Part shown: positions 1-9,415 of the stretch, piece by piece
How positions within the stretch are numbered: position 1 is the stretch's first letter
Layout of the letters: each line of letters starts with the position of its first letter
DNA from: an uncultured delta proteobacterium
GTDB taxonomy: Bacteria > Myxococcota_A > Polyangia > Polyangiales > Houyiibacteriaceae
DNA: 64,000 bases
Assembly: GCA_963699755.1 (NCBI GenBank)
Contig: CAVOVB010000007.1
Span: 1-64,000 of the forward strand
Direction of reading: 5' to 3'
Notes under the pieces: generated by a model
Told to the model about the DNA's origin: nothing
What the model saw: the letters and a program-made list of their open reading frames with translations, nothing else
Database searches by the model: none
Made by a program: the position numbers and the translations under genes

Positions 1-424
1 GGCGGCATCCGGAACAATGGCAGCCCTCACGCTGACGAACAGCACCGTGTCGGGGAATAGCGCGTCCTACGGGGGTGCCGGCATCGACAACCTCGGGACG
101 CTAACGCTGGCCAACACCTTGGTAGACGGCGATTGCATCACTGAGGGCGACGCCACGACGACCAACAACGGCCACAACCTCGAAAGCCCTGGCAACACCT
201 GTGGTCTCGACCAGCCCACGGACGTAACCGAGGTCACGGCAGAAGCCCTGAAACTTGCGCCCCTGCAGGACAACGGTGGCCCGACGCAGACGCACGCGTT
301 GCTTCCGGGGAGCGTTGCAATCGACCTGATTCCTGAGGCGATGTGCGTCATGGAGACCGACCAGCGCGGTGTTGCGCGTCCGCAGGGCGCGGCATGCGAC
401 GTGGGAGCGTTTGAGCTGCAATGA
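1..424 (+). CDS. C-terminal part of a right-handed beta-helix repeat protein with choice-of-anchor Q-type tail (5'-truncated by window; possible frameshift near base 25)
   Basis: TLTNSTVSGN repeats; LQDNGGPTQTHALLPGSVAID...DQRG...ACDVGAFE tail; GGIRNNG is in frame 1 but the rest is in frame 2. Confidence 0.75.
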   Translation, partial: AASGTMAALTLTNSTVSGNSASYGGAGIDNLGTLTLANTLVDGDCITEGDATTTNNGHNLESPGNTCGLDQPTDVTEVTAEALKLAPLQDNGGPTQTHALLPGSVAIDLIPEAMCVMETDQRGVARPQGAACDVGAFELQ

Positions 425-573
425 TTGTCGACGGCCGACACTGGTTGTTGACGGCCGACGACAATTGGTGGCTTGAAGCGGGACGCGGTCATGAAACCAT
501 TGGGCGTTTTGGTTGGCACGAAGCGTGCGTTGGTAGCGGGCGTGCGGAGCGATTCCGCAAAGGAGAAGGTGCC

Positions 574-1860
574 ATGTTGACGACTAGGGATGTGACGCGC
601 GTGTCCTGGCGCTGGGCTTGCGTGCTCGGTTTCTTCGTTGGCGCGATCGCCGGCTGCGGTGAGACCCAGGGAACCGGCGGCGGTGGTGGTACAGCCGGAA
701 CGGGTGGCGACGCTGGTTCGGGCGGGGGCGGTGGCATGGGTGGCACAGGGAACATGCCCGAATGCCAGAGCCTCGAAGACTGCGACGACAGCGATGCGTG
801 CACCGATGATCTCTGCAACGGGACGTGCAGCAACGTCCCGGTGGACTGCAACGACCGAAATGACTGCACGACCGAAGACCCATGCGAACCTGTGGACGGC
901 TGCCCCACTCCAAACCCCGTGACGGACGGGACACCGTGCGCAGGAGGCACCTGTCAGTCCGGTGCGTGTGAGCTCGCAACCTCGAGACTTCCATGCACCG
1001 AGCAGGGCATCCGCAACGCCATTGCCGCCGGAGGCGGACCATACACCTTTGATTGCGACGGCCCGCAGACGGTCGTGACCGAGGCGCCAATCCTCATCGA
1101 CAACGACGTGATCCTCGACGGGGAGGGCAACCTGACGATGAACGGCAACGGGGGCTTTGTTCTCTACTCCGACCGTGCAACGACGGAGCTGCGGGGCTTC
1201 GTTGTCACCGGGGGTGAGGCGTACGGTGTCGTCGCAGTTGGAGCTATGACGCTGACCGACAGCACTGTTTCGGGTAGCCGAGGGACGGGCTTATTCGCCC
1301 TGGGAGACACAGTGACGATAGCCAACAGCACCGTGTCCGGGAATGCGAACTGCGGCATCGAGATCACCGGAGGAGCGATGACGATGACCAACAGCACCGT
1401 GTCGGGGAATGCCAACTGCGCTATTCGGTTGCAGGAGCGCTTTGCCGGTTTTGGCGAGTACTCCAACGCCACTCTGGAACTGATCGCGAGTACTGTATCC
1501 GGGGACATCTTCGTGCACTCGTCCGGCGTACAACCGCCGAACGTCGCCACGATAGCCAACAGCCTGGTTGACGGGGCGTGTGCAGGGCAAATCATCTCTG
1601 CCGGCAACAACATCAAAAGCGCGGGCAATAACTCGTGCAGCTTCGACCAGTCGACCGACCAGGTCGCCGTCACCGGAGAAAATCTGAACCTCGGACCGCT
1701 GCAGGACAACGGTGGCCCGACCAAGACGCATGCATTGCTTCCGGGCAGCGTTGCCATCGACGTGATTCCTGAGGCGACGTGTGAGGTGGACACCGACCAG
1801 CGTGGTGTTACCCGGCCTCAAGGAGCAGCGTGCGACGTGGGAGCGTTTGAGCTGCAATGA
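574..1860 (+). CDS. Lipoprotein with Gly-rich linker, Cys-rich repeats, beta-helix and choice-of-anchor Q-type tail
   Basis: AGGAGAAGG RBS before ATG 574; lipobox IAGC; CDDSDACTDDLC repeats; NSTVSGN repeats; DQRG..ACDVGAFELQ. Confidence 0.8.
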   Translation: MLTTRDVTRVSWRWACVLGFFVGAIAGCGETQGTGGGGGTAGTGGDAGSGGGGGMGGTGNMPECQSLEDCDDSDACTDDLCNGTCSNVPVDCNDRNDCTTEDPCEPVDGCPTPNPVTDGTPCAGGTCQSGACELATSRLPCTEQGIRNAIAAGGGPYTFDCDGPQTVVTEAPILIDNDVILDGEGNLTMNGNGGFVLYSDRATTELRGFVVTGGEAYGVVAVGAMTLTDSTVSGSRGTGLFALGDTVTIANSTVSGNANCGIEITGGAMTMTNSTVSGNANCAIRLQERFAGFGEYSNATLELIASTVSGDIFVHSSGVQPPNVATIANSLVDGACAGQIISAGNNIKSAGNNSCSFDQSTDQVAVTGENLNLGPLQDNGGPTKTHALLPGSVAIDVIPEATCEVDTDQRGVTRPQGAACDVGAFELQ

Positions 1861-2009
1861 TTGTCGCCACCCGACAGCGATTGTTGACGGCCGACGACAA
1901 TCGGCGACTTCGGGCGGTGCGCGATCGCGAAACCATTGGGGGTTTTGCTTGGCACAAAGCGTGCTCTTACAGCGATCGACCGGAGCCTTTCCGGATTGGA
2001 GAAGGTATC

Positions 2010-2903
2010 ATGCTGAAGCTCAAAGAGATGACGTGCCTGCTTTCGCGTTGGGCGTGCGTGCTCGGACTGCTCGCGGTTCCGATCGTCGGATGCAGTGATT
2101 TGGACGGCGATGGCGGCGCTGGGGGCGTGGGCGGCACCGGAGGCAACGGCGGCGTTGGCGGGATCGGTGGCGTGGGGGGTGCCGGAGGCGCCGGAGGGGA
2201 GGTCCTGCCTATCTTCACCACCGTGCTGGCGAACAACCCAGACGGCGACGATCCGCCGCTCGAGGGCGTGAGCATCTGCATCGAGTATGGCGACACCAAG
2301 AACTGCTTCATGACCGACGCGAGTGGCAGGGCCGTCGTCGAGTTCCCCCCCGATCGAGCGTTCACGAACACCATGGAAAAGGAAGGTTATGGCTCGACAA
2401 TCGGTGGGGCCGGCGAAAACGCGTTTGGCGCAGACTGGCGTCCTTCAGGAGCTCTTACCTTCCTGATGTACACCAACTCGCAGCTCGAAACGATCGCCGC
2501 GGAGCAACTGGAGCTAGACCCCGCGTATCCATGGGAGGGCGGAATAGTCGGGCTCGTAGCCAACACGGGTGTGGGGCTCGCAGGCGTAACGTTCGAGCCT
2601 GTCGACTCGACCATCGGCGAGGTCGGCCAGGCGTTCTACTTCGACGCAGCGACCGAGCAGTACAGCATCGACCTCGAAGCCACTACTTCCTTTCCTGCGG
2701 TGTATACGCGGTTCCCGTTTGCGGAGGGCGGCTTTGCAGGAGTCACCCCCGGAGTGCAGCAGTTCGAGCTCAGCGGAGCGATCGGAGAGTGCCACGGGCC
2801 TTCGTTCGGTTGGTCCGGTGACACCGCGAACAGCATCCGCGTCCCCGTGCGAGAGGGATTCAGAACTTTCGGCAGCATGAACTGTGATCCCCCTGCCCCC
2901 TAG
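2010..2903 (+). CDS. Lipoprotein of unknown function with Gly-rich linker
   Basis: RBS and ATG 2010 in the same position as in the previous gene; lipobox IVGC; GGxGG linker. Confidence 0.75.
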   Translation: MLKLKEMTCLLSRWACVLGLLAVPIVGCSDLDGDGGAGGVGGTGGNGGVGGIGGVGGAGGAGGEVLPIFTTVLANNPDGDDPPLEGVSICIEYGDTKNCFMTDASGRAVVEFPPDRAFTNTMEKEGYGSTIGGAGENAFGADWRPSGALTFLMYTNSQLETIAAEQLELDPAYPWEGGIVGLVANTGVGLAGVTFEPVDSTIGEVGQAFYFDAATEQYSIDLEATTSFPAVYTRFPFAEGGFAGVTPGVQQFELSGAIGECHGPSFGWSGDTANSIRVPVREGFRTFGSMNCDPPAP

Positions 2904-2918
2904 AGCGCCTCGGAGGTC

Positions 2919-4697
2919 GTGATGAAGAGCTCATTTTCGTGTTCGGTATCGAAACCATGGCGACGCTGGCTGCTGGGCTTGTCCTTGCTGCCAGCGCTGG
3001 CCGCTTGCGGCAGCGACAGCGCTGACGACACCGCATCCGCGAAGTGCCTCGACAGCACCTACGCGACCATCCAGCGAACGATCTTCGAGGCCAAGGGATG
3101 TACGCAGTCGGTGTGTCACGGGGAGTCCATGCAAGGCGGGCTCGATCTGCGGGCGGAGTCCTCGCACGCGGCTTTGGTTCACACGCCGAGCTCGATCGAC
3201 CCGAGCATGGAGCGGGTGTTTCCGGGGGATCAAGACTTGAGCGTCTTGTACTTGAAGCTGCAGGCTGGCGTGGACGGAGCGGAGCTCGGCCCCCTCGGTC
3301 AAGCGATGCCAGTGGACGCCGATCCCTTGTCTCCGGACGAGCTCGAGGCGATGCGTCTCTGGATTCGCGGTGGCGCCCGCACCGAGGGCGTCGTCGCAGG
3401 AACGATGGAGCGCCTCGCCTGCGAAGGAAGCTTCGAGGCGCAGCCGAACAAGATCACCCCCCTACCCCCGCCCGAGCCCGACGCGGGGCTTCAGTTCTAC
3501 TCGGGCGCATGGCCGCTGCCCGCCGAGAGCGAGGACGAGGTTTGCTTCGTCACGTATTACGATGTCTCCGACGAGGTCCCCGCAGATTCCAAGCTGCCTT
3601 GCGGTGACCTCGCCCCAGGACGAGACTGCTTTGCCTTCCGGCGAAGCGAGCTCGCCCAGGACGGCCAGTCACACCACAGCATCACGTCGGTCTACACGCC
3701 TGCATCCGATCCGAACGGCGCCGATTGGCTCCGCTGGGAATGCCTTGGCGGCGACCGCAACGGCGAGGCGTGCAACCCGGTCGACCCCGAGTGTGGCGAG
3801 CGCTCGGCGTGCGCGACCCCCGTGCAAAGCGGGCTCGCGTGCATTGGCTACTTCTATGGGCCCCGTGACTTCGACATCGGGGCGGGAGCAACGGGTGACT
3901 CCGTGACACGCAAGCGACTGATCACCGGGCAGGAGTCGACGTTCATCGAGGACCCTCTCCCCGGCGTCTACGCCCTCTTGCCCCTGAAGGGTTTCGTGGT
4001 TTGGAACAGCCATGCCTTCAACCTAACGCGAACCGATACGACGGTGGAGCAGTGGATCAACTTGACCTTCGCTCCGCAAAGCGAACGCCGCTGGGAGCGG
4101 GAGCAGATCTTCTTCTCCGATCAGATTTTCGGCATGGGGACGATCCCTCCATTCGAAAAGCGCGAGGTCTGCATGACCTTCACGCTCCCCCAATACACGC
4201 GCCTCATGACGCTGAGCTCGCACTTCCATCAGCGAGGCGAGCTCTTCCGCATGTGGCTTCCGCCGAACGAACGGTGCAGCGTTCCGGATGGCTGCGCGCT
4301 TCCCACGGATCCTCCAGACTACGAGAGCCGGCTCTACAACGACCCGGTCGAAGAGTCGTACGATCCCCCACGGAGCTTGGACGGCGCAGACCCCACCGAG
4401 CGGACGATCAAGATGTGCGCCCGGTACGACAACGGCGCGGACGATCCTGCGGAGGTCAAGCGCAACTCGATTCGTCCCGATTCTCCGAGCTGCAACAATG
4501 TCCAATTCGCAAACTGCGGATGCGCGCCGTCGGAGCGCGCCTGTCTCGGCGGTGATCGGCAAGGCAGCTCGTGCAACGGTGACGACGCGATCTGCGGCGC
4601 CGAAGGCCTGTGCGACGCTTGCCCGCTCCTCGGCGGCGTCACCACCGACGACGAGATGTTCGTCGCCTTCGGCAGCTACTACGTCGAGCTGCCCTGA
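2919..4697 (+). CDS. Lipoprotein with possible c-type heme motif and copper type II monooxygenase-like domain
   Basis: Lipobox LAAC; CTQSVCH; SHHS, SHFH and DDEM motifs. Confidence 0.6.
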   Translation: MMKSSFSCSVSKPWRRWLLGLSLLPALAACGSDSADDTASAKCLDSTYATIQRTIFEAKGCTQSVCHGESMQGGLDLRAESSHAALVHTPSSIDPSMERVFPGDQDLSVLYLKLQAGVDGAELGPLGQAMPVDADPLSPDELEAMRLWIRGGARTEGVVAGTMERLACEGSFEAQPNKITPLPPPEPDAGLQFYSGAWPLPAESEDEVCFVTYYDVSDEVPADSKLPCGDLAPGRDCFAFRRSELAQDGQSHHSITSVYTPASDPNGADWLRWECLGGDRNGEACNPVDPECGERSACATPVQSGLACIGYFYGPRDFDIGAGATGDSVTRKRLITGQESTFIEDPLPGVYALLPLKGFVVWNSHAFNLTRTDTTVEQWINLTFAPQSERRWEREQIFFSDQIFGMGTIPPFEKREVCMTFTLPQYTRLMTLSSHFHQRGELFRMWLPPNERCSVPDGCALPTDPPDYESRLYNDPVEESYDPPRSLDGADPTERTIKMCARYDNGADDPAEVKRNSIRPDSPSCNNVQFANCGCAPSERACLGGDRQGSSCNGDDAICGAEGLCDACPLLGGVTTDDEMFVAFGSYYVELP

Positions 4698-6089
4698 CTA
4701 GTCCAAGCGGTTGGCCCAGATCCCTGCGCCCGGGCTGTTCGATACGCTCCAGACGGCTGTGGCGTTGCCGGCGTCGTCGATCGCGACCCGGGCGTCCCTC
4801 CGAGTGCCAGCTTCATCGGGGTCGATGCGTTGCGCCGACCCCCACCCCTCGCTCTGCGTATAACGGCTGGACCAGATACCATCGCCGGCGCCTCCGGACT
4901 GTCGCCACACCGATACAGCGTTGCCGCTTGGATCCATGGCCAGACGGGGCTCCCGCGCATTGGCCGTATCGCTGGCGTCGATGCGCTCGGCGGTGCCCCA
5001 TCCCCGGCTTGGTGCGTATCGGTTGGACCAGATGTTGCGCGTGCTGTCCAACTGGGACCAGACCGCCACGGCGTTGCCGTTGGCGTCGACGCCGACCTGG
5101 GGAGTCAGCGCGTCACCTCCAGCTTCGCCTGCGATTCGCTCTGCAGCTCCCCATCCGGCGCTCGTGTGGCGATTGGACCAAATGCTGGTCTTGATGCCAT
5201 CGGATTGCTCCCATACGGCCACCGCATTGCCAGCCGGGTCGACGGCGACTTGGGGGTTCGCTGCCTCCGATGCGCTCCCGTTCGCGATGGATCGCGCGCT
5301 GCCCCATCCGCTGCTCGGCGTGTAGCGGTTGGACCAGATGCCGGTTCGCGTGCCATCGGCTTGCTGCCAAACCACCGTGACACTTCCCGGCGGATCGACC
5401 GCAACTTGGGGTCTCGATGCTTCCCCCGCGCTGCTGCCGTCGATGGGTTGCGCAAAGCTCCATCCGTCGCTTCGTGTGTAGCGGTTGGACCAGACGCGCA
5501 TGCCTTGGTCGTCGACCTGGGACCAGACCACGACGACACTTCCATCGGCACCCGTCGCGACTTGAGGTGCGTCGGCCTCACCGCTGTTGTCGTCGATGCG
5601 CTGCGAACGAGCCCATTCCCCGCTTGCGCCAGACCGTGCCGAATAGATGTTGCTCCGCACCCACGAGAGAGGCCACGCCGCCACCGCAACTCCGTCTGCA
5701 TCCATGGCGACCACGGCGCTCCCGAGCGGCGCGGCGAAGGTGGTCACGGAATCCGCAGCGGCCCAGCCATCACTAGGCATGTACCGAGCGGACCAAATCC
5801 CGTCGCCTTGAGACCAGACCGCTACCGCGTTGCCAGCCGGGTCGGCCGCCAGCTCAGGAGCGATGGTGTCGACGGCATCGTGAATCCGTTCGGCCATGCC
5901 CCATGTCTTGGGCATGCCGCCACCGTCGGAGCCGTCGGTGAGCTGGACGCAATGCGGGAGCGCGATGCAGAGAATCCACGACGCAAGTGTCGCGGACCTA
6001 GGCGCAAGACGCGCAAGTCGATGGCTCATCGTGGGAGTGCCTCCTGCCCGGCCGGATACGATCAACGCCCCGATCGCGAACGGTGTCAA
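4698..6089 (-). CDS. Exported repeat protein (beta-propeller-like), start possibly nearer 6029
   Basis: About 8 repeats of PQVAVDxxGNAVAVWxQ...IWSNRYTxxxGWGxAxxI. Confidence 0.75.
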   Translation of the reverse strand: MTPFAIGALIVSGRAGGTPTMSHRLARLAPRSATLASWILCIALPHCVQLTDGSDGGGMPKTWGMAERIHDAVDTIAPELAADPAGNAVAVWSQGDGIWSARYMPSDGWAAADSVTTFAAPLGSAVVAMDADGVAVAAWPLSWVRSNIYSARSGASGEWARSQRIDDNSGEADAPQVATGADGSVVVVWSQVDDQGMRVWSNRYTRSDGWSFAQPIDGSSAGEASRPQVAVDPPGSVTVVWQQADGTRTGIWSNRYTPSSGWGSARSIANGSASEAANPQVAVDPAGNAVAVWEQSDGIKTSIWSNRHTSAGWGAAERIAGEAGGDALTPQVGVDANGNAVAVWSQLDSTRNIWSNRYAPSRGWGTAERIDASDTANAREPRLAMDPSGNAVSVWRQSGGAGDGIWSSRYTQSEGWGSAQRIDPDEAGTRRDARVAIDDAGNATAVWSVSNSPGAGIWANRLD

Positions 6090-6200
6090 CTCCGTTGTAT
6101 GGCGTCACAAGGGACGCGCTTGACTTGGGTTCAAGTGCACGCGCATGATCGAGGCTCGCTTGACTGTTCGGTGAACCTCACGATTTCCGGAGGGTGCGCC

Positions 6201-7196
6201 ATGTTACGCTTGGCTTTTCTACTGGTGCTGTCTCTCACGCTGCAAGCCCTCGCGGGTTGCTCCGACGTCGGCTCCACGCCGGACCCCTCCGCGGGCGGGA
6301 CGGGAGGCGACGGCGGCGAGTGGTTCATGGATCCACCAGCGCAAACGGGGGGGCTGACCCTGGGATGCACGAACAACCTGACCTCGGAAATCAGGATCGT
6401 GCGTTGGGATCTGACCGTGGATCCCGGACCGATCGTGGCAGGGCGAGCGTTCGGAGCCGTGCTCAGCGGGTTGATGGTATTCAACGAGGAGTTGTTGGAT
6501 GAAGCTCAGGCGTTTGTGCCGGGCGGATACAAACGTTCCAATCTGCTCGGGGTCCAGGCGACCGTTCACGTGCGCAGTGGCGTGGCGGCCGATGCGATGG
6601 ATGTAGTCCTCACGAACGAACCCATGCAACGCAGCTGCACTTATGACGAGAGCGGGGACATCGGACCAGATGCTGGTCCGTTTTCGCTCTGCTACGAAGC
6701 CAACGACAATCCGGATGGCTCGAACGAGGACTGCACGGGTCTCGGCGGCATGCCCGATCCGCAAAACCCGTGCGGGCAATTCATCACCCTCCGGACCAGC
6801 AAGCAATGCGGTCCGGGTGAGCTCTGCGAGAGCAAGGGCAAGACGGGGCCCGGATCTCAGTGCGACTTGAACGGCTTTTGCGTCTCCGACCAGCTCGAGG
6901 TGAGGCTGCAAGCCGCACATGTTCAAGGCTACCTGGCAGCCGACTCCGGAGCCGTGCTCTTTGGCTGGGACGACGAAAGCACCGGCGCCTACATCGACCA
7001 ATCTGGCGGCCCCAACCGCGAAACAGTGATACTGCCCCCCACGATCGCCGACGATCCGGGACCCAATAGCTTTCGCGCAACGATCGGTGCCGGCATCTTG
7101 GCCGCCCTAGACTGCACGATGGCCGAGGGCACGCGTACGGCGTTGACGCGGACGCCAGAGTCGGAGCTCATCTCGTTTTCGATCCAGCAGCCGTAG
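6201..7196 (+). CDS. Cys-rich lipoprotein of unknown function
   Basis: GGAGGG RBS, ATG 6201, lipobox LAGC, GGTGG linker. Confidence 0.75.
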   Translation: MLRLAFLLVLSLTLQALAGCSDVGSTPDPSAGGTGGDGGEWFMDPPAQTGGLTLGCTNNLTSEIRIVRWDLTVDPGPIVAGRAFGAVLSGLMVFNEELLDEAQAFVPGGYKRSNLLGVQATVHVRSGVAADAMDVVLTNEPMQRSCTYDESGDIGPDAGPFSLCYEANDNPDGSNEDCTGLGGMPDPQNPCGQFITLRTSKQCGPGELCESKGKTGPGSQCDLNGFCVSDQLEVRLQAAHVQGYLAADSGAVLFGWDDESTGAYIDQSGGPNRETVILPPTIADDPGPNSFRATIGAGILAALDCTMAEGTRTALTRTPESELISFSIQQP

Positions 7197-7550
7197 CAGG
7201 TACGCGGGGTCAAGCTCGTCCATCGCGATGCTGCACTTGCTGCGTGCCGTGCTGGCGACAGCCCGATCGAGCCTCTGGCCGCAGCACGAGCTCCGTCATC
7301 CGCTCGATGACCCTGTGGTCGATGAACTCAAGCGAGTCGCCGCGGGCACGCGGCCGACTATCGTGGAGAACCTGACCCTTTTCGCCTGACCAGAACACGC
7401 TCAGTGACTGAACAATGACCGGAGCCCAGGGCGAGCAGGTGGATTCCAGGGTACTGCAGGGCACGAGAGCGAGAGATCACGACGCGCGCCTTTGATAGCG
7501 ATACGCGGGAAAACCGAGTGTCCGCGTAGGGTTAGCTTATCGCGCTGAGT

Positions 7551-7576
7551 CGGGTTCGATTCCGACCGTTTCCACT
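7551..7576 (+). other. Possible degenerate tmRNA/tRNA 3'-end att remnant
   Basis: CGGGTTCGATTCCGACCGTTTCCAC resembles a T-loop plus the tmRNA 3' end; lies at the boundary between the lipoprotein cluster and the mobile region. Confidence 0.3.
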
Positions 7577-7620
7577 CATAAGCATCTCAGATCATTTGGC
7601 TCTGATCGCAAGCAGCAAAA

Positions 7621-7930
7621 TCACTGGCAAGAACCTGATCGGGAATTGGTGTTGTTCTCTCCTCTGGCGCCAGAAGTAATTGTCCCCGACCCCGCTCCGA
7701 CGCCTCCGGCTGCGTGGTCATCAGCGCCGAGCACCATCGAAGCGAGCTCCAACGCTTTGCGGACAGCAAACTCAGGAGAGCCGCCTCGCAGGATTTCTTG
7801 GGCCGTGTGGAATGCCGGCGTGTCGATGACCGCCCTTGCGAAGTCGCGAATCCGCGCGACCGAGACGTCGCCACCATCAACTACGGCGCAGAGCAGATCG
7901 CGCGCACGATTCTTCACCACTGGTGAGAAA
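7621..7930 (-). CDS. Small att-adjacent hypothetical protein, homolog of 47988-48374 (start uncertain; in frame with the integrase ORF)
   Basis: RARDLLCAVVDGGDV...PEFAVRKALELASMVL versus AARGLVLRAADGDDV...PEFSVRRAMELASLAL. Confidence 0.55.
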
Positions 7931-8015
7931 TGAGACCGCCCTAGGGCGTTTTCGGGCGTTCCTGACCGACTCGCACCCTTGAATTCATGCGCTTTTTCTT
8001 CTGCAACGTCTGCTA

Positions 8016-8066
8016 AGGATCTAGTGGGGTAATACCCGTGGAGGTTCGAGTCCTCTCTTCCGCACC
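8016..8066 (+). other. 3' half of tRNA-Leu (att site, copy 1)
   Basis: AGGATCTAGTGGGGTAATACCCGTGGAGGTTCGAGTCCTCTCTTCCGCACC: anticodon 3' stem, long variable arm, T arm and acceptor; no 5' half. Confidence 0.8.
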
Positions 8067-8099
8067 CTTTAGTTTCGAGTACTTGCGCTACACCACTAG

Positions 8100-8976
8100 A
8101 CGGTGGACCTAGGCGCCCCACCCCCTGGTGTCCCAACCGGTGTCCCGAAAGGACCGATTCGGCGGCTTTGCGACGGGCATGCACGTAGTGGTTCGTGGTC
8201 GTGATGTGCTTGTGGCCGAGCAGGTAGCCGACGCCGACGAGGTTGCCTGAACGCTCCGTGAGCTCGGTCGCGAGGCTGTGCCGGAGGTCGTAGGCGCTCA
8301 CCTTCGAGGCGCGCTCCGGCTCGAGGCCGGCAGCGAGGGCGGCTTTGCGGAGCGTGTGACGGCCGTCGAACTTCGGGAAGATCGCACACCGCTCGGGGAG
8401 CTGGGCCACGATGGCGTCCATTTCCTCAGGCGTCAGCGTGACCGTTTCGCGTTTCCCCTTCGGATGCGCCGTACCGGTGGCGCGTCTCGGAATCCTCGGA
8501 ATCGCCGGTTTGGTGCCCAACAGCTTCTGCTCGAGCATCCAGTCGAATAGTCGATTCAACGCGCTCAGCTCTTTCTTCAGCGTCGTCCGCTTCACCCGTG
8601 TGAGCCGGTATCGCATGTAGTCGGCGAGCCGGGCCTCCGAACAGAGCGCCTCCCCGGTTTCAAAGAACGGGATGAAATGCGCGGCAGCGTACGTCTCCCA
8701 GCAACGGACCGTGTCCTTCGACACCTCGGCCCCCATCGCTGCCAACCAACTTCCGAAGAGGTCCGTGAGCGGCACATCCGGCGCCGACGAAGGTCTTTCG
8801 TGCCCGGGGCCGAGTGTCACCTGTCGGACGATTCGAGCAGCTTCTTCTTGAGCCGCTGCGCGATCTGTCTCGCCAGTGGATCGATGACAACGCCGCCTTG
8901 CGGCCCTGAACCGGACGGTGAAGACCTGCGTTCTCGGATCTCGGTGAAGCGACCATCCTTCTGCGTTTCGAGCCAT
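8100..8976 (-). pseudogene. Tyrosine integrase, internally deleted (3' end approximate)
   Basis: YDLRHSLAT and LLGHKHITTTNHY present; box I TGxR region absent between QLPER and IFP; GGGACACC direct repeats between it and the att. Confidence 0.75.
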
Positions 8977-9227
8977 GTATCGATATCCCTTCGGTCAAAC
9001 AAGATGCGGGCGCCAATCGACAGCGCCCGCACATGCGGCGACACGCGCCGATCAAACGTCCGCAGCCCCACGCGACAATACCCTGCGGCTTGGTGTCTTG
9101 TCAGCAGGGGCGAATCGACGCAGCTGATTCTGCATGAAGACGCGTCATTTCGAGTCAACTCGGACCATGGTGAGGACCGGGCAAGATGTGGGATCGTAAG
9201 ACATCGAAGATGTCTCAATCCCCGCAC
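8817..9227 (-). CDS. Excisionase-like helix-turn-helix protein (start uncertain)
   Basis: LLTRHQAAGYCRVGLRTFDR...ILFDRRDIDTWL, directly upstream of the integrase. Confidence 0.65.
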   Translation of the reverse strand: MRGLRHLRCLTIPHLARSSPWSELTRNDASSCRISCVDSPLLTRHQAAGYCRVGLRTFDRRVSPHVRALSIGARILFDRRDIDTWLETQKDGRFTEIRERRSSPSGSGPQGGVVIDPLARQIAQRLKKKLLESSDR

Positions 9228-9415
9228 GCCGCGCTCAACGCCTTCGGCTTATTCGCAGCGGAGGCTGCTGGCAGAGCAAGGGCACACGTGTTCGCAGGGT
9301 GGCGGCCGCCACTCTTCCGGCGTCGTTCGCCACTTCACGTCAGCGCGATCTACGTGACACGCTTCGAAAACGCAGGAGCGGACTGCGGCACGAGTCTTGA
9401 TGGTGTTCTCCAGTC

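Noticed and set aside
4830..6200. N-terminal 457 aa of the 788-aa ORF
   Set aside because: Antisense shadow of the minus-strand repeat gene; the real start is 6201
8016..8066. Functional tRNA gene (also 48401-48451 and 16614-16636)
   Set aside because: 5' half missing; these are att fragments
7621..8976. Single 451-aa integrase
   Set aside because: The ORF reads through the att site into a separate small gene and lacks the catalytic Arg box
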